Numbered from the stretch's first letter, positions 1-12,070 are shown. The stretch: 64,000 nucleotides of DNA from Dehalococcoidia bacterium (GCA_028285005.1 JANQQP010000004.1:53261-117260); one strand, 5' to 3'. The notes: generated from the letters alone by a model not told the origin. A program made the numbers and translations.

Positions 1-90
1 GCGAAGCCATTTCGTGGCGCTGACGGCGTTCGGAACTGACGGCTTCATGCTGGCTGTTAGATGCAGGCCAGCATGATGTGGTGATAGGAG

Positions 91-3000
91 TCAGTCTCCG
101 GCGCCTACAGGCTGCTCGGCGGCTGCCTGCGCCATTGCGATCATTCGCTCGCGGAACAGTAGTATCTGATCAAACAGTGCGGTCAATTCTTCGACCCAGT
201 CAGGCTCCTCGCGGTCGATCTCGACTCGGATCTGCATGTGCCCGACGTTCACGCCGCGTCCGAGCCACTTCTGCAGAGCAGATCGGGCCCCACCGGTCGG
301 CTCCTTCAGGTTCAACGTTGCGCGTTCCTCACCGATTGCCACGGAATCGACTCCAGCCTGCTCTGCAAGCACGCGCATATTCTCGGCTGCGAGCAGCAGT
401 TCCACGTTGCGAGGTACTGGTCCGAAGCGGTCCCTCAGCTCCTCATAGAGGTCCGAGATCGCCTCGACGTCATGCATCCTCGCCAGCCGCTGGTAGACGC
501 TGAGTCTCTGGGCGAGGTCCTCGACATAGCTGTCCGGTATTCGAGCGTCTACACCGAGGTCTATGCGGACTGTCGAGAACTCGATGAGGCTTGCGCCGTC
601 ATCTTTGTCGGTCTTCTGTGTTTGCTTTCCGGCCTTCAGGTCAGCGACCGTATCCGAGAGCAGTTTTGTGTACAGATCGAAGCCGATGGCGGCGATGTGG
701 CCGCTCTGTTCACCACCGAGTATGTTGCCCATGCCGCGGATCTCAAGGTCGCGCAGGGCTATCTGAAAGCCAGCTCCGAGCTCTGTGGCGGCCAGAATCG
801 TGTTGAGCCTGGCGTCTGCTGTCTCCGTGAGCGCCTTGCCACGAGGGATCATGAGATAGGCGTAGGCGCGGTTGGTGCCGCGGCCGATGCGGCCTCGCAA
901 CTGGTAGAGCTGGGACAGGCCGAACATGTCCGCTCTGTCGATTATCAGAGTGTTGGCGTTCGGCAGGTCAATTCCGGACTCGATGATCGTCGTGCAGACC
1001 AGCACGTCGAACTCTCGTCGCTCGAACGCCGACATCACCTGCTCAAGCTCGTCTTCGGGCATCTGCCCGTGGCCAATCTCAAAGCTGGCCTCGGGAACCA
1101 GTTTCATGAGCTTCGCCGCTACAAGGTCTATGTCCTTCACACGGTTGTGTAGGAAGAAGACCTGTCCGCCGCGGTCCACCTCGCGCAGTATCGCCTCGCG
1201 AGTCAGCTCATCGTTCTCTTCGGTCACGTAAGTCTTGATCGGCAGACGCTCTTCCGGAGGGGTCTCGATCGTGCTCATGTCCCGAATGCCGGCGAGCGAC
1301 ATCTGCAGCGTCCGAGGGATTGGCGTGGCGCTCAAGCTCATCACATCAATCTGGGTGCGGAACTGCTTGAGTCGCTCTTTATGCGTGACGCCGAACTTGT
1401 GCTCTTCGTCGATGATTACAAGACCGATGTTCTTGAACCGCACGTCTCGCTGAAGTAAGCGATGCGTCCCGATCACGATGTCGACGCTGCCGCTGGCCAG
1501 GCCTGACACGGTCGATTTCTGTTCGGCATCTGTCCGGAAGCGCGACAGCATCTCCACGGTGGCCGGGAACGGTTGGAGTCGCTCAGAGAACGTATCGAAG
1601 TGCTGCTGGGCGAGAACCGTTGTTGGCACGAGAATCGCGACCTGCCGTCCTGACTGGACCACTTTGAACGCCGCGCGGAGGGCGATCTCGGTCTTGCCGT
1701 AGCCCACGTCACCACACACAAGCCGGTCCATCGGGTGCGGCGCCTCCAGGTCTTTCTTGACCTGAGCCAGTGTCGAGAGTTGATCCGGTGTCTCTTCGAA
1801 TGGAAAACTGGCTTCCATCGAGTCCTGCCACGGTGTGTCAGGACCTGTTGGAAAGCCTTCGGACAGCTCACGTGCCGCGTAGAGCGCGATCAGCTCGCCG
1901 GCAAGCTGTTCTGTTGCCCGGCGAGCCCGGGCGCGGGCTCGGCTCCATTCCTGGGTTCCAAGTCGCGTGAGCCGAGGAGCGTTGTCGGATGGGCCGTGGT
2001 AGAGCTGAATGCGGTCCAGCTGTTCCGTGGGCACGTATAGCTTGTCCTCTTCGGCGTACTCGAGCACAAGGTATTCGCGCCCTTCCTCGCCCATCACCTG
2101 CGTACCCTTGAACATAGCGATGCCATGCTCGATGTGGACGACATACGAGCCCGGCTGAAGCTGCTCTAGCGCTGGACCTTTGCGGACCGGGCGTTTGCGG
2201 ACTCGTCGACGTTCCTTGGCAACGCCGAAGATCTCTGCGTCGGTGATGATGCCGAGGTTCCGCCTATCTCTTGCGAGGACGGTGAAGCCCTGCCTCAGCG
2301 TTCCCTGGACGAGCGTCACATCACCGGGCTCCAGCGGTTCTGGGACGCCGTCTGAGAGCTCTATTCGTGTATCCGTCGTCTTCGAAAGCTCGACTATCCG
2401 AGAGGCGTGGTTGGACATCACGACCGTGCGCAGCGAACTGTCTTGACGGTCTGAGATCAGCTTCATTGCGTTGTCGAGTCCGCTCGCCGTGAGTGGCGCA
2501 GGCTCGATTGGCAACCTGAGAGCCCCGCCGGGAAGCTCAGCGTCTACTCCCCAGGGAGTGATCGAGACCTTGCGGCGTGGGTGATTGAGGGCGTCGGCCA
2601 GGAGGCCGTACTCGATGTGTGGTTGCGGGAACCTGCGAGGGACTTCACCGCGGCGCTCTTTGTTCCCGCGCAGCTCCGAGTAGCGGCGGTCTGCGGTCTC
2701 AGCGCTGTCCTTGATTGCGCTTGCACGGACCTTCAACAGGAGCGCGTCGTCCGGCAGGAACTCGAACACAGACCCGCGGTTGAAGAATCCGGCGTAATAG
2801 GCGATCTCATCGAGCCTTTCGCCTTCCATGATTCTGCCCAGTTCTGACGGGATGCGATCTCTAGATTCACCGATGGCGCTGTCGAAATCGACGGAGCTGA
2901 TCAGTGCCTTGACCTGTTCGTGATCGGCATGAGAAGGGATGATTTCAGATGCTGGCGGTATGTGAATGCTCTTCAGGCTGACCGTTGACCGCTGAGTCTC

Positions 3001-3645
3001 CGTCTCGAACTCTCGGATGCTGTCGACCTCGTCGTCGAAGAACTCGATGCGCACTGGTGAGTCGCCGGAAACGGGGAATATGTCCAGGATTCCGCCTCGG
3101 TGACTTGCCGTCCCGGGAATGTCGACCGTCGGCTCAAGGACGTAGCCAGCGTTGGTCCACGAGAGCAGCAACTCGGAGATGTTGAACCGGTCGCCCACCG
3201 AGATGGTCTGGGTAGCGGAGTCGTACTCTGATACAGAGGGAGTGCGATACGAGACGGCGGGCGTTGATGCGATGATGAGCGGCGCGCGTCCCTTGCCGTT
3301 CCATGTCCTGAGCGCAGAAAGTACCCGGAGGCGCTGGTGCATGGCGCCAAGATCGGGGACGTAACGCTCGAATGGGATGTTGTCGGTCTCAGGGAACTGC
3401 AGGACAGGCGCTGCGTCGCCGCACCAGATGGTCAGCTGATCGGTCAGCCGGCGCGCTGATTCAGCGTTCGGAGTGACCACGAAAATCGGAGCGCCGTACT
3501 CGTTCCAGAGTGTGGCGATCGAGTATGCGGTCGCGGCGTCCGGGACGATCACTTCACGGTCAACAGAAGGACTTTGCACCTCGCTCAGCAGTTCCTCGAA
3601 TTCAATCGTCGAGGTCAAGGCTGAGAGCAGTCCGGACAGTGTCAT
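91..3645 (-). CDS. mfd: transcription-repair coupling factor Mfd
   Basis: 1184-aa ORF. It has a CarD/TRCF-like segment ([12 protein letters not shown]), SF2 helicase motifs GDVGYGKTE (Walker A) and IIDEEH (DEEH box), and a C-terminal TRCF domain. The length is typical of Mfd. Confidence 0.95.
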   Translation of the reverse strand: MTLSGLLSALTSTIEFEELLSEVQSPSVDREVIVPDAATAYSIATLWNEYGAPIFVVTPNAESARRLTDQLTIWCGDAAPVLQFPETDNIPFERYVPDLGAMHQRLRVLSALRTWNGKGRAPLIIASTPAVSYRTPSVSEYDSATQTISVGDRFNISELLLSWTNAGYVLEPTVDIPGTASHRGGILDIFPVSGDSPVRIEFFDDEVDSIREFETETQRSTVSLKSIHIPPASEIIPSHADHEQVKALISSVDFDSAIGESRDRIPSELGRIMEGERLDEIAYYAGFFNRGSVFEFLPDDALLLKVRASAIKDSAETADRRYSELRGNKERRGEVPRRFPQPHIEYGLLADALNHPRRKVSITPWGVDAELPGGALRLPIEPAPLTASGLDNAMKLISDRQDSSLRTVVMSNHASRIVELSKTTDTRIELSDGVPEPLEPGDVTLVQGTLRQGFTVLARDRRNLGIITDAEIFGVAKERRRVRKRPVRKGPALEQLQPGSYVVHIEHGIAMFKGTQVMGEEGREYLVLEYAEEDKLYVPTEQLDRIQLYHGPSDNAPRLTRLGTQEWSRARARARRATEQLAGELIALYAARELSEGFPTGPDTPWQDSMEASFPFEETPDQLSTLAQVKKDLEAPHPMDRLVCGDVGYGKTEIALRAAFKVVQSGRQVAILVPTTVLAQQHFDTFSERLQPFPATVEMLSRFRTDAEQKSTVSGLASGSVDIVIGTHRLLQRDVRFKNIGLVIIDEEHKFGVTHKERLKQFRTQIDVMSLSATPIPRTLQMSLAGIRDMSTIETPPEERLPIKTYVTEENDELTREAILREVDRGGQVFFLHNRVKDIDLVAAKLMKLVPEASFEIGHGQMPEDELEQVMSAFERREFDVLVCTTIIESGIDLPNANTLIIDRADMFGLSQLYQLRGRIGRGTNRAYAYLMIPRGKALTETADARLNTILAATELGAGFQIALRDLEIRGMGNILGGEQSGHIAAIGFDLYTKLLSDTVADLKAGKQTQKTDKDDGASLIEFSTVRIDLGVDARIPDSYVEDLAQRLSVYQRLARMHDVEAISDLYEELRDRFGPVPRNVELLLAAENMRVLAEQAGVDSVAIGEERATLNLKEPTGGARSALQKWLGRGVNVGHMQIRVEIDREEPDWVEELTALFDQILLFRERMIAMAQAAAEQPVGAGD

Positions 3646-3820
3646 CTATGGGCTCCACATGCAGTTGCGCTGACCGCAACGCGCGCAAAAAGGCGTCCTG
3701 CACGGGTTGCAGGCGCCTTGTTATGTCGATCAGATCGCCGATTGGTTAGTCGGCAGGGTTCTAGCTTAGCACTCAGCAATTCTGGGTGTCTGGGTGCCAT
3801 GCATCTAGTTCGTGCGGCAA

Positions 3821-3826
3821 TATAAT
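3821..3826 (+). promoter_or_regulatory. candidate -10 box (TATAAT) for proBA
   Basis: An exact TATAAT lies 36 nt upstream of the proB TTG start, in the divergent mfd/proB intergenic region. No convincing -35 hexamer was seen. Confidence 0.25.
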
Positions 3827-3861
3827 CGGCGACACAGGAGCGACGCGGCCGGAGCGAACCA

Positions 3862-5076
3862 TTGGCGTCAACTGCGAAAAAGGTGGATGAAAAGTCCCAA
3901 GGGAGGACTCCGTCTCCGCGCGGGCTGCGACGAATCGTCGTCAAGCTCGGCACGAACCTGATTACCGGCAAGAGAGACGATGACGGACGAAGGCGCGGCA
4001 TCGACGAGGAATCGCTAAAAGGCCTCGTCGCACAGATTGCCGACCTGCACTCCGAAGGCAAGCAGGTCATAGTGGTCACGTCTGGTGCGGTTGGGGCAGG
4101 GCGCGAGGTGCTTGCCGACAAGAACGGCACTTATAGGCGCCGGTCCGGCACGGCGAGGACGGTTGCGCACAGGCAGATGCTGGCGGCCATCGGCCAGACC
4201 CAGCTCATGCTGGCTTACGAGCAGTTGTTCGCGGCGCATGGAATCCCTGTGGCACAGGCGTTGATCTCCCGCGAGGACCTGACGCAACGGCAGCGTTACC
4301 TGAACGTGCGAGACACGCTAGAGACGATTCTTGATGTCGGCGCAATACCCATCGTCAATGAGAATGACGTGGTTGCCGTCGAAGAGCTTGCTGGCGTGAT
4401 CTACGGGGACAACGACCGTCTTTCGGCGATGGTGGCGAATGACCTGGAAGCAGACCTCCTGATCCTGCTGGGTGAGGTCGAGGGGCTTTACGAGAAAGAC
4501 CCGCACTTCGACCCGGAGGCAAAGATCATCTCGGAAGTGCCGAAGATCACGGCGAGCATCAGGCGGATCGCGAAAGGGCCCCATGACGGCCGCGGTTCAG
4601 GAGGCATGGCGAGCAAGCTCGAGGCGGCTGAACTTGCGACATCTTCGGGGACTCCAATGATCATCGCGTCAGGCAGATCGCCGGGGATTCTTGCGAGGAT
4701 CTGTGCTGGCGAACAGGTCGGAACGCGCTTTCCTGCCGCCATTTCGAAGATCGAGGCGAAGAAGCGCTGGCTGATGACTGGCATTACCGACAGTCAGGGC
4801 TCAGTCAGGGTGGACGATGGCGCTGTGAAAGCCCTGAAAGAGAAGGGTCGCAGCCTTCTGGCCGCGGGAATCGTGCGAGTAGCCGGTGTTTTCGACCGCG
4901 GTGACATCATCAAGATCGAGAATGCAGACGGACAGTTGATCGCTTGCGGGCTGGCGGCCTACTCATCGGACGATGTCGATAAGATAAAGGGACGGAAGTC
5001 AGACGAAGTTCAGAAGCTTCTCGGCCACTACTTCGGCATGGAAGTGGTGCACCGCAACAACATGGTCCTTGTTTGA
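3862..5076 (+). CDS. proB: glutamate 5-kinase (with C-terminal PUA domain)
   Basis: The TTG start is preceded by GGAG at 3851-3854. The ORF has an amino-acid-kinase fold (VVKLGTNLITG, VVTSGAVGAG) and a PUA-like C-terminus (VRVDDGAVKAL...GDIIKI). It lies directly upstream of proA. Confidence 0.93.
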   Translation: MASTAKKVDEKSQGRTPSPRGLRRIVVKLGTNLITGKRDDDGRRRGIDEESLKGLVAQIADLHSEGKQVIVVTSGAVGAGREVLADKNGTYRRRSGTARTVAHRQMLAAIGQTQLMLAYEQLFAAHGIPVAQALISREDLTQRQRYLNVRDTLETILDVGAIPIVNENDVVAVEELAGVIYGDNDRLSAMVANDLEADLLILLGEVEGLYEKDPHFDPEAKIISEVPKITASIRRIAKGPHDGRGSGGMASKLEAAELATSSGTPMIIASGRSPGILARICAGEQVGTRFPAAISKIEAKKRWLMTGITDSQGSVRVDDGAVKALKEKGRSLLAAGIVRVAGVFDRGDIIKIENADGQLIACGLAAYSSDDVDKIKGRKSDEVQKLLGHYFGMEVVHRNNMVLV

Positions 5077-5103
5077 GATAGAGCCAGCGAGCTCAGTAGG
5101 GCG

Positions 5104-6381
5104 ATGACAGCAATTTCAGTCGACATAAAGCAGATGGGAGCGGCCGCTCGCGCAGCCTCTCGCAGGCTGGCCGCGAGTCAGAGCAGTGTGCGAAACGGCG
5201 CTCTGAACGCGATCGCGTCGAAGCTGCTTGAGCACGAACCAGAAATCCTGGCGGCCAATGAGAAAGACATAGCGGCTGCGAGGGAATCCGGACTCGGCGA
5301 GCACGTCATCGACCGCATGGTGCTGAACCATGATCGAATCCAGGCGATGGCCGATGCGTGCGGCGAGATAGCTGCGCTGCCGGACCCGATAGGCGTTGTG
5401 CTCGAAGAGCGGACCATGCCGAACGGTCTCGAGATCCAGAGGATCAGCGTTCCTCTCGGCGTAATCGGCGTCATTTTCGAGAGCCGACCCAACGTGACGA
5501 TCGATATCACCGCGCTCTGCCTCAAGTCTGGCAACGGCGTGATCCTGCGGGGGGGCAAAGAGGCTCTTGGCGCCAACACAGTGCTTGCGCGAATCGCAAG
5601 AGAGGCCGTGAAGAGCGTCGGACTGCCTGAAGATGTTGTCCAGTTCGTTTCAACGACCGACCGGGCTCTTGTGGGCGAGATGCTGAGCCTCGACCGGTAC
5701 ATCGACCTGATCATCCCCCGAGGCAGCGCTGAGCTTGTGCGTTTCGTTGGGGAGAACGCCACGATGCCCGCGATCACCGGTGGCGTTGGCGTCTGTCACA
5801 CGTACGTCGACGCAGCGGCCGATCTCGATAAGGCCCTGAAGGTAGTCGTCAATGCCAAGACCGAGCGTCCGACCGTGTGCAATGCCATGGACACACTGCT
5901 GGTGCATTCATCAGTGGCCGACGAGTTCTTGCCGCAGCTGGCGCGAGAGTTTGGTGTTTCGAACGTAGAGATGCGGGCGGACGGTAAGGCGATGGCCGCG
6001 CTGCAGGACATCGCGACCGGCGTTCGAGTCGTTCCTGCTCAGTCAGATGATTTCGGCCAGGAGTTCCTGGCGCTGATTGCTGCGGTCAAGGTGGTCGATT
6101 CGATGGACGAGGCGATGGACCACATATCGGAGTTTGGCTCAGGTCATTCCGAGGCCATCATCACGGAGGACTCGGAGACTGCCGAGAGGTTCCTGGCGGA
6201 AGTGGACGCCGCAGCCGTATTTGCCAACGCTTCGACCTACTTCAACGATGGCGGGCAGTTCGGCCTCGGCGCCGAGGTTGCGATCAGCACGAGCAAGCTA
6301 CACGCCCGCGGCCCGATGGGCCTCCGAGAGATCACGACCTACAAATGGGTCGTCAGAGGCAACGGCCAGGTCCGGACGTAG
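5104..6381 (+). CDS. proA: gamma-glutamyl phosphate reductase
   Basis: 425-aa aldehyde-dehydrogenase-fold ORF with ProA-type blocks (VIFESRPNVT, VILRGGKEA, CNAMDTLLVH, HSEAIIT). It forms a proBA pair. Confidence 0.95.
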   Translation: MTAISVDIKQMGAAARAASRRLAASQSSVRNGALNAIASKLLEHEPEILAANEKDIAAARESGLGEHVIDRMVLNHDRIQAMADACGEIAALPDPIGVVLEERTMPNGLEIQRISVPLGVIGVIFESRPNVTIDITALCLKSGNGVILRGGKEALGANTVLARIAREAVKSVGLPEDVVQFVSTTDRALVGEMLSLDRYIDLIIPRGSAELVRFVGENATMPAITGGVGVCHTYVDAAADLDKALKVVVNAKTERPTVCNAMDTLLVHSSVADEFLPQLAREFGVSNVEMRADGKAMAALQDIATGVRVVPAQSDDFGQEFLALIAAVKVVDSMDEAMDHISEFGSGHSEAIITEDSETAERFLAEVDAAAVFANASTYFNDGGQFGLGAEVAISTSKLHARGPMGLREITTYKWVVRGNGQVRT

Positions 6382-6401
6382 CGCTCGAGGTCTGGCGTCC
6401 G

Positions 6402-7418
6402 CTACAGGCCCTTTTCCGCCATGAAGTTGGCCAGGTCTGCAGTGCGGGACGAGTAGCCCCACTCATTGTCGTACCAGCCAACCACCTTCACGAAGCCGTC
6501 ACCGACCGCAGCCGTCGACAGGGCGTCGATGGTGCAGGAGTTCGGGTTGCCGATGTAGTCGACGGAGACCAATGGCTCGTCCGACACTCCCAGAACTCCT
6601 TTAAGCCCATTCGCCGAAGCGGTCTTGAACGCTTCATTGATCTCACCAGCTGAGGCGGTGCGCTCCAGCTTGCATGTCAGATCAGTGACCGAGCCAGTGA
6701 TGACCGGAACGCGGTAGGCCATGCCGTCTATGCGGCCGGTCAGCTCCGGAATGACCTGTGTGACGGCCTTTGCCGCACCGGTAGTGGTCGGGATGATGCT
6801 GTTGGCCGCTGCCCGAGCCCTGCGCAGATCACTGTGGACCTGGTCGAGAATGCGCTGGTCATTGGTGTAGGCGTGAATCGTGGACATCAGTGCACTCTCA
6901 ATGCCGAAATCGTCGTGCAGCACTTTCGCCATTGGCGCCACGCAGTTCGTCGTGCACGATGCGTTTGAGATCACTTTGTGCTGCGAAGGGTCGTAGTCGT
7001 CCTGGTTCACTCCGAGCACGACCGTGATGTCTTCGTTTTTGGCAGGAGCCGAAATGATGACCTTCTTCGCGCCGCCGTTCAGGTGACCTGCGGCTTTGGT
7101 CGCATCGGTGAAGATTCCCGTGGACTCAACGACCAATTCGACACCAGCGTCACCCCACTTCAGATCGGCTGGGTTTCGCTCAGAGAAGACCTTGATGGTC
7201 CTACCGTCGATGATGAGGTCGTCGCCGCTGGCTTCCACAGAGCCGCTATATACGCCGTACGTGGAGTCGTACTTGAACAGGTGAGCGTTAGTCGCGGCGT
7301 CTCCGAGGTCGTTGATAGCGACGACTTCAAGTGTGTCCGGGTGGCGTTCGGAGATGGTGCGGAAGACCTGCCTTCCGATTCTTCCGAACCCGTTGATTCC
7401 GACCTTTACCTTGGCCAT
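6402..7418 (-). CDS. gap: glyceraldehyde-3-phosphate dehydrogenase
   Basis: The N-terminus [16 protein letters not shown] is a Rossmann motif, and the catalytic SNASCTTN motif is present. The ORF track starts 3 codons earlier at a GTG (7427); the ATG at 7418 fits homologues better. Confidence 0.95.
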   Translation of the reverse strand: MAKVKVGINGFGRIGRQVFRTISERHPDTLEVVAINDLGDAATNAHLFKYDSTYGVYSGSVEASGDDLIIDGRTIKVFSERNPADLKWGDAGVELVVESTGIFTDATKAAGHLNGGAKKVIISAPAKNEDITVVLGVNQDDYDPSQHKVISNASCTTNCVAPMAKVLHDDFGIESALMSTIHAYTNDQRILDQVHSDLRRARAAANSIIPTTTGAAKAVTQVIPELTGRIDGMAYRVPVITGSVTDLTCKLERTASAGEINEAFKTASANGLKGVLGVSDEPLVSVDYIGNPNSCTIDALSTAAVGDGFVKVVGWYDNEWGYSSRTADLANFMAEKGL

Positions 7419-7455
7419 GATTCTCACTCTTTCTGATGCGGCGGCAGTGAGCCGG

Positions 7456-8820
7456 TCAGACGGTCCTGGCTCCTTGCCCGCTGTTCTCTACGAGAACTCG
7501 TTTACCTGCATATCTGGCGTCTGCCCCGAGCGCTTCCTCGATGTGCAGCAGCCTGTTGTACTTGGCGACCCGTTCGCTTCTGGCAGGAGCGCCTGTTTTT
7601 ATCTGCCCCGCAGACGTGCCGACCGCCAGATCGGCGATTGTTGTGTCTTCAGTCTCGCCCGATCGATGACTCACGACAACGCCGAATCCGGCGTCCTGTG
7701 CAGTTTTGATCGTGCTCAATGTTTCTGTGACTGTGCCGACCTGGTTGAGCTTTATCAGAATTGCGTTACCTGCCGCTTCCTTGATGCCGCGCTCAAGGTA
7801 GCGTTCCTGTGTGACGAAAAGGTCATCTCCAACGATCTGAGTCGAGCTGCCGATGCGGCTGGTGATGTCGGACCAGCCTTCCCAGTCATCTTCTGCAAGG
7901 CCGTCTTCGATCGAGTAGATCGGGAAGTCGCTTGAAAGCGACTGGTACTCCTCGGTCATGCGGCCCGAGGTGAAGCGATTTCCTTCCCGTCGCAGGTTGT
8001 AGCGGCCTTCACCGGGCCTATCGAACGGGTTGTTGTAGAACTCTGATGCTGCAGGGTCGAGAGCTATGTAGACCTGTTCGCCCGGGATGTAGCCAGCGTC
8101 TTCAATCGCCTGGGTTATGTAGCCGAGGGCCTGCCGGTTTGTCAGGCCCTGGGGAGCGAACCCTCCTTCGAATCCCACGTTCGTGGAAAGCGCCTGTTCC
8201 TCAAGTATGGATTCGAGGCCGTGATAGATCTCCGAGCCTGCTCTCAGCGCGTCAGAGAACGTTTCCAGTCCCAGCGGAGCGACCATGAACTCCTGGAAGT
8301 CCGTGGATCCCAACGCGTGGGCGCCGCCGTTGAGGATGTTGAACATCGGGACGGGCAGCTCGCTTGCGGAATCGTTGCCGGTGAGAGAAGCGACTCGCTG
8401 GAAGACGTCCTGCTCGGAGTCATCCGCCGAGGCGTGAAGCACGGCAAGTGAAACAGCCAGCAGGGCGTTGGCGCCGAGGTTGCCTTTGTTCGACGTGCCA
8501 TCGAGCTCGATCATCTTAGAGTCGATGCTCGCTTGATCTCCTGCGTCCATGCCGACTACAGCATCTCGCAGTACACCATTTACGTGAGAGACGGCTTTGA
8601 GAACGCCCTTGCCTGCATAGCGGCCGTTATCGTAGAACGCGTCGCTCTTTTCGAGCTTGCCGTCCCGCAACTCGACCGCCTCACGCGCTCCGGTGCTGGC
8701 GCCTGAAGGAACGGCGGATGCCCCGATAGCACCATTTTCCAACTTTACGCGGGCGTATACGGTCGGGTTGCCTCTTGAGTCGAGGATCTCTCTACCGTGG
8801 ACTTCTGTTATTCGAGTCAT
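7456..8820 (-). CDS. eno: enolase (phosphopyruvate hydratase)
   Basis: Enolase blocks are present: [30 protein letters not shown] and [17 protein letters not shown]. The start is either the ATG at 8820 or a TTG at 8829. The protein has a C-terminal extension relative to typical enolases of about 430 aa. Confidence 0.95.
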   Translation of the reverse strand: MTRITEVHGREILDSRGNPTVYARVKLENGAIGASAVPSGASTGAREAVELRDGKLEKSDAFYDNGRYAGKGVLKAVSHVNGVLRDAVVGMDAGDQASIDSKMIELDGTSNKGNLGANALLAVSLAVLHASADDSEQDVFQRVASLTGNDSASELPVPMFNILNGGAHALGSTDFQEFMVAPLGLETFSDALRAGSEIYHGLESILEEQALSTNVGFEGGFAPQGLTNRQALGYITQAIEDAGYIPGEQVYIALDPAASEFYNNPFDRPGEGRYNLRREGNRFTSGRMTEEYQSLSSDFPIYSIEDGLAEDDWEGWSDITSRIGSSTQIVGDDLFVTQERYLERGIKEAAGNAILIKLNQVGTVTETLSTIKTAQDAGFGVVVSHRSGETEDTTIADLAVGTSAGQIKTGAPARSERVAKYNRLLHIEEALGADARYAGKRVLVENSGQGARTV

Positions 8821-8968
8821 ATTCCTCAACTACTGCGACGTGTGAGTGGAGTGCCTGGGTCTAGCAGGCAGGTCAGGGTGCGACTCCTGTAAGCCTGTAC
8901 TGAATACTCTCAGTCGGGGTCGTTATCGGTCAACACGTCTATGTGAGCAAAGTGCTGGAACCAGGCTG

Positions 8969-9712
8969 TTAATCGGCGCTGTAGGCGAGTTCGATGGCCC
9001 GGTTTTGCTCTCGAGCCAGCTCGTCGATGCCGACTGCTGCGAGTTTCAGCAGGGTGTCCATCTGGGCCGCAGAGTACGGTTCACCCTCCGCAGTTCCCTG
9101 GACCTCCACGAAATCCCCTTCACCGGTCATCACCACGTTCATGTCGACATCAGCTTTGAAATCTTCGTCGTAGGCAAGGTCGAGCATCTCGGTGCCATCG
9201 ACGATGCCCACGCTGACGGCTGCGATGTTGTGCGCTATGGGATTACCTTCAACTCGTCCCTGTTGCTTAAGCCAGTGAATTGCTCCACTCAGAGCGACGT
9301 ATGCGCCCGTTATGGATGCGGTGCGCGTCCCGCCATCAGCGCGGAGCACATCGCAGTCGATCAGGATTGAGTTCTCGCCTAAAGCCTCGAGATTGACCGC
9401 CGCCCTCAACGATCTACCGATGAGTCGCTGTATCTCCTGAGTCCGCCCTCCAAGACGGCCGCCACGGTCGCGCCTAACTCTTTCGTCCGTCGCCCTTGGC
9501 AGCATCGAATATTCGGCCGTCACCCACCCCTTGCCCTGCCCCTTGAGCCAGCGTGGGACGGAGGTTTCCACGGACGCGGTGCAGATCACATGGGTTTGGC
9601 CCGTTTCGATCAGAGCCGACCCTTCGGCGTTCGGCATAAATCCGGGGGTGATCTTCACGTCCCTTAGCTGATCTGGGGCTCGACCGTCCGAGCGGAGTGA
9701 GGTTTCGGGCAA
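8969..9712 (-). CDS. rph: ribonuclease PH
   Basis: RNase PH blocks are present: [29 protein letters not shown] and [19 protein letters not shown]. The TTG start is preceded by AGGGAG 9 nt upstream. Confidence 0.93.
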   Translation of the reverse strand: MPETSLRSDGRAPDQLRDVKITPGFMPNAEGSALIETGQTHVICTASVETSVPRWLKGQGKGWVTAEYSMLPRATDERVRRDRGGRLGGRTQEIQRLIGRSLRAAVNLEALGENSILIDCDVLRADGGTRTASITGAYVALSGAIHWLKQQGRVEGNPIAHNIAAVSVGIVDGTEMLDLAYDEDFKADVDMNVVMTGEGDFVEVQGTAEGEPYSAAQMDTLLKLAAVGIDELAREQNRAIELAYSAD

Positions 9713-9944
9713 TTCGATCTATCTCCCTATGGGTTCAGAGTTGCAGTCGAGCCGCAACCGTGCGTCGCGAACAGTGATTCGTCGGCTCAGTTTACGTCCC
9801 GGTCAGGTTCTCGCGAAGTGGCTTGCAGGCGAATACGCGGATTGCTTCCGCCTGGCCAGATGCCGCTGAGATGCGCTCCACCACTCACCGGGTTAGTAGT
9901 TTGCCGCAGTGCCGCCAGTTGCGACCAGTGCCATTCTGGAATGA

Positions 9945-11501
9945 ATGGAGAATCCATCCTCGCAGCCGGAACAGTATTCAGCGTCACTTGATGAAGGAGC
10001 GGTAAGGCTCCCAAAGCCGTTCCCATTGGTGCGCTACTACCTGCTCGCCAGCATCCTGCTGGTAGTCGGCGCGTTTGCCGTTCTCAATTTCTCCACCCAG
10101 CGCATTCAGAGTGGCACTGCGATTAACAGCCTGAGGCAGGAAGCTGAGGCTGACGTCGACAGAGTCGTATTTGACCTGTCTCTAGCGATCACCGCTTACG
10201 TTGGTCCTGATGATGATCTGTTGACAACACTTCAGGCGAGTGAGCAGGCGTTCGACAGAGACGTGATCAACGCGCTAAGCGGCATGCCGATTGTGCGCGT
10301 GGACCTGCTCACACCGAATGGGCAACTCGCCTATTCGACGGACCCTGACGCGTCCGCAGCAATCTCAGCTGCAGAATCTCAGAGCGCGATTTCCGGGAAC
10401 TCCTTTAGTCGCTACGACGAACAGTTCGATCTGAAGCTGTTCAATGGGGAGCCTGCCAGCATCGCCACAGTTATCACGGCAAATCCGATTAATACCGAGT
10501 GGAGCGTGGATAGCGACGGCCCAGTGGCGGTTCTTGTCGCGTTTAGCGATGTCACTGAAGCGGTGCCGAGTGTGACGGGCTCAGTTGCTCCCGAGCGCCT
10601 TGCTGTGCTTGGCGGAACTATGGCCGCTCTGTTCGTGCTTCTCTCCTGGATTGTGATCCGGGGCCACAAGTTCACCACAGACGCCAGGGAGCAGCTGTCT
10701 GCCATGCTTGAGACCGAGCGGGACATGCGGAACCAGCTAGATATTCGCAACTCGGAACTGGTGCAGGCGAACAACGCCAAGTCTCAGTTCTTGGCGATGA
10801 TTTCGCACGAGTTGAAGACGCCGCTTACCGCGATCAACGCGTTCGCCGTGAGTCTGGAAAAGAGCATTGGCGGCTCTCTGGACCAGCGACAGTCGAGGCA
10901 GTTTGAGGCTCTTACCCGGAACGGGCTGCGGCTAAATATGTTGATAGATGAGTTACTGGATGTTTCCGCCGCCTCGAGTGGCCAGCTGACTCTGAACTTC
11001 GAAACGGTGACGGTCGAGCAGGTCGTAAACGAAGCGATTCAGATCGTGAAGCCGCTCATCGAGGCCAAGGATCAACGGTTGCACGTGAATATCGAGGAGC
11101 CTGGACTGAGCTTCAACGGTGATCCGTTCAAGCTCCAGCAGGTAGTAGCGAACCTGTTGAGTAATGCTTCGAAGTACTCACCCGCAAAGTCGGAACTCAC
11201 TATCGATGCCCGCGAGTTTGAAGGGCACGCCTGTGTGAGAGTGATCGACAACGGGATCGGCATGTCGGCCGAGGACCAGGCGAAGCTGTTCAGCACATTC
11301 TTCCGTGCCGATGAGGCAATTGCCACCGGCGCTCCCGGGACAGGGCTCGGCATGGTCATCGTGAAATCGATCGTCGAGGGGCACGGCGGCTTCGTGAAGG
11401 TCGAGAGCGAATTGGGCGCAGGTACTACCGTGCGCGTTGACCTGCCGTTGGGCGACGCGGCAATTGAGGTTCCGGCAGAGGATTCGGAAGAAGCCGCTTA
11501 G
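9945..11501 (+). CDS. sensor histidine kinase (membrane, orphan)
   Basis: The ORF has two hydrophobic segments flanking a periplasmic-type domain. It has a HisKA H-box (FLAMISHELKTPLTAI) and HATPase_c N/G boxes (NLLSNASKYSP, DNGIGM, GTGLGM). No response regulator lies adjacent. Confidence 0.85.
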   Translation: MENPSSQPEQYSASLDEGAVRLPKPFPLVRYYLLASILLVVGAFAVLNFSTQRIQSGTAINSLRQEAEADVDRVVFDLSLAITAYVGPDDDLLTTLQASEQAFDRDVINALSGMPIVRVDLLTPNGQLAYSTDPDASAAISAAESQSAISGNSFSRYDEQFDLKLFNGEPASIATVITANPINTEWSVDSDGPVAVLVAFSDVTEAVPSVTGSVAPERLAVLGGTMAALFVLLSWIVIRGHKFTTDAREQLSAMLETERDMRNQLDIRNSELVQANNAKSQFLAMISHELKTPLTAINAFAVSLEKSIGGSLDQRQSRQFEALTRNGLRLNMLIDELLDVSAASSGQLTLNFETVTVEQVVNEAIQIVKPLIEAKDQRLHVNIEEPGLSFNGDPFKLQQVVANLLSNASKYSPAKSELTIDAREFEGHACVRVIDNGIGMSAEDQAKLFSTFFRADEAIATGAPGTGLGMVIVKSIVEGHGGFVKVESELGAGTTVRVDLPLGDAAIEVPAEDSEEAA

Positions 11502-12070
11502 TAGTCGTAGCCAGTTTCCTCATTGAACCGAGGAACGACGGTTGTCTCAGGCTCTACAGGCGCGGATTGAGGCAGAACCGGTACCGCGCCGCAAGCGGTG
11601 AACGTACTAAAGTCGGCGAATGACAGGTGCAGATTGATTGCGATGTCACCCGTAGCCAAATCGGCTACTGTCACGCCAGGTAATTCAGTCAGCGACTTTC
11701 CACCGATCACGTTTTCTAAGCGATGATCGATCACACCCAGCATGTCGCAGTGACCACGGTGGATGTGCGCAGGTTGAGCGACCGCTTCTGGCGGTGAGAC
11801 CGATATATCGACGAAGAGGCTGCCGCTTTCTTCCCACATAGTGGCCCAACCGGTCTGGTAGCTACCCTTCGGAGCTACGAGCCAGATTCTGGCTTCGGTC
11901 TCGGTGATTGTCGAACGCTGTTCGTCGTTAGACGGCGCTGACGCGACGGGGCTGTCGGGGACAGTGGCTTCCGCTCCGCCGCAAGCAGCGATGAAGAGAG
12001 CTAACCCTATGACTGGGATGAGGATCTTGCTACTGGAGACTCTCAGCGGCATGTGTCTCTCGCGATGCAA
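11498..12070 (-). CDS. putative secreted lipoprotein, unknown function
   Basis: There is a signal peptide with a lipobox (LALFIAACGG), and a His/Cys cluster (AHIHRGHCD) suggests metal binding. The likely start is the ATG at 12052 (MPLRVSS...). No family was recognised. Confidence 0.5.
   Translation of the reverse strand: MHRERHMPLRVSSSKILIPVIGLALFIAACGGAEATVPDSPVASAPSNDEQRSTITETEARIWLVAPKGSYQTGWATMWEESGSLFVDISVSPPEAVAQPAHIHRGHCDMLGVIDHRLENVIGGKSLTELPGVTVADLATGDIAINLHLSFADFSTFTACGAVPVLPQSAPVEPETTVVPRFNEETGYDY

Noticed and set aside
1-48. Possible minus-strand gene starting at the ATG at 48-46 (MKPSVPNAVSATKWLR...) and running off the left edge
   Set aside because: Only 16 codons are visible, with no ribosome-binding site and no recognisable motif, so it cannot be supported.
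238-1152. 304-aa plus-strand ORF antisense to mfd. Similar long antisense ORFs lie at 16405-17184, 35245-36093, 43424-44023, 56886-57896, 60016-61371 and 62134-62958.
   Set aside because: Each lies entirely inside a well-supported conserved gene on the opposite strand. They have Arg/Ser/Pro/Ala-rich compositions typical of shadow frames in GC-rich DNA.
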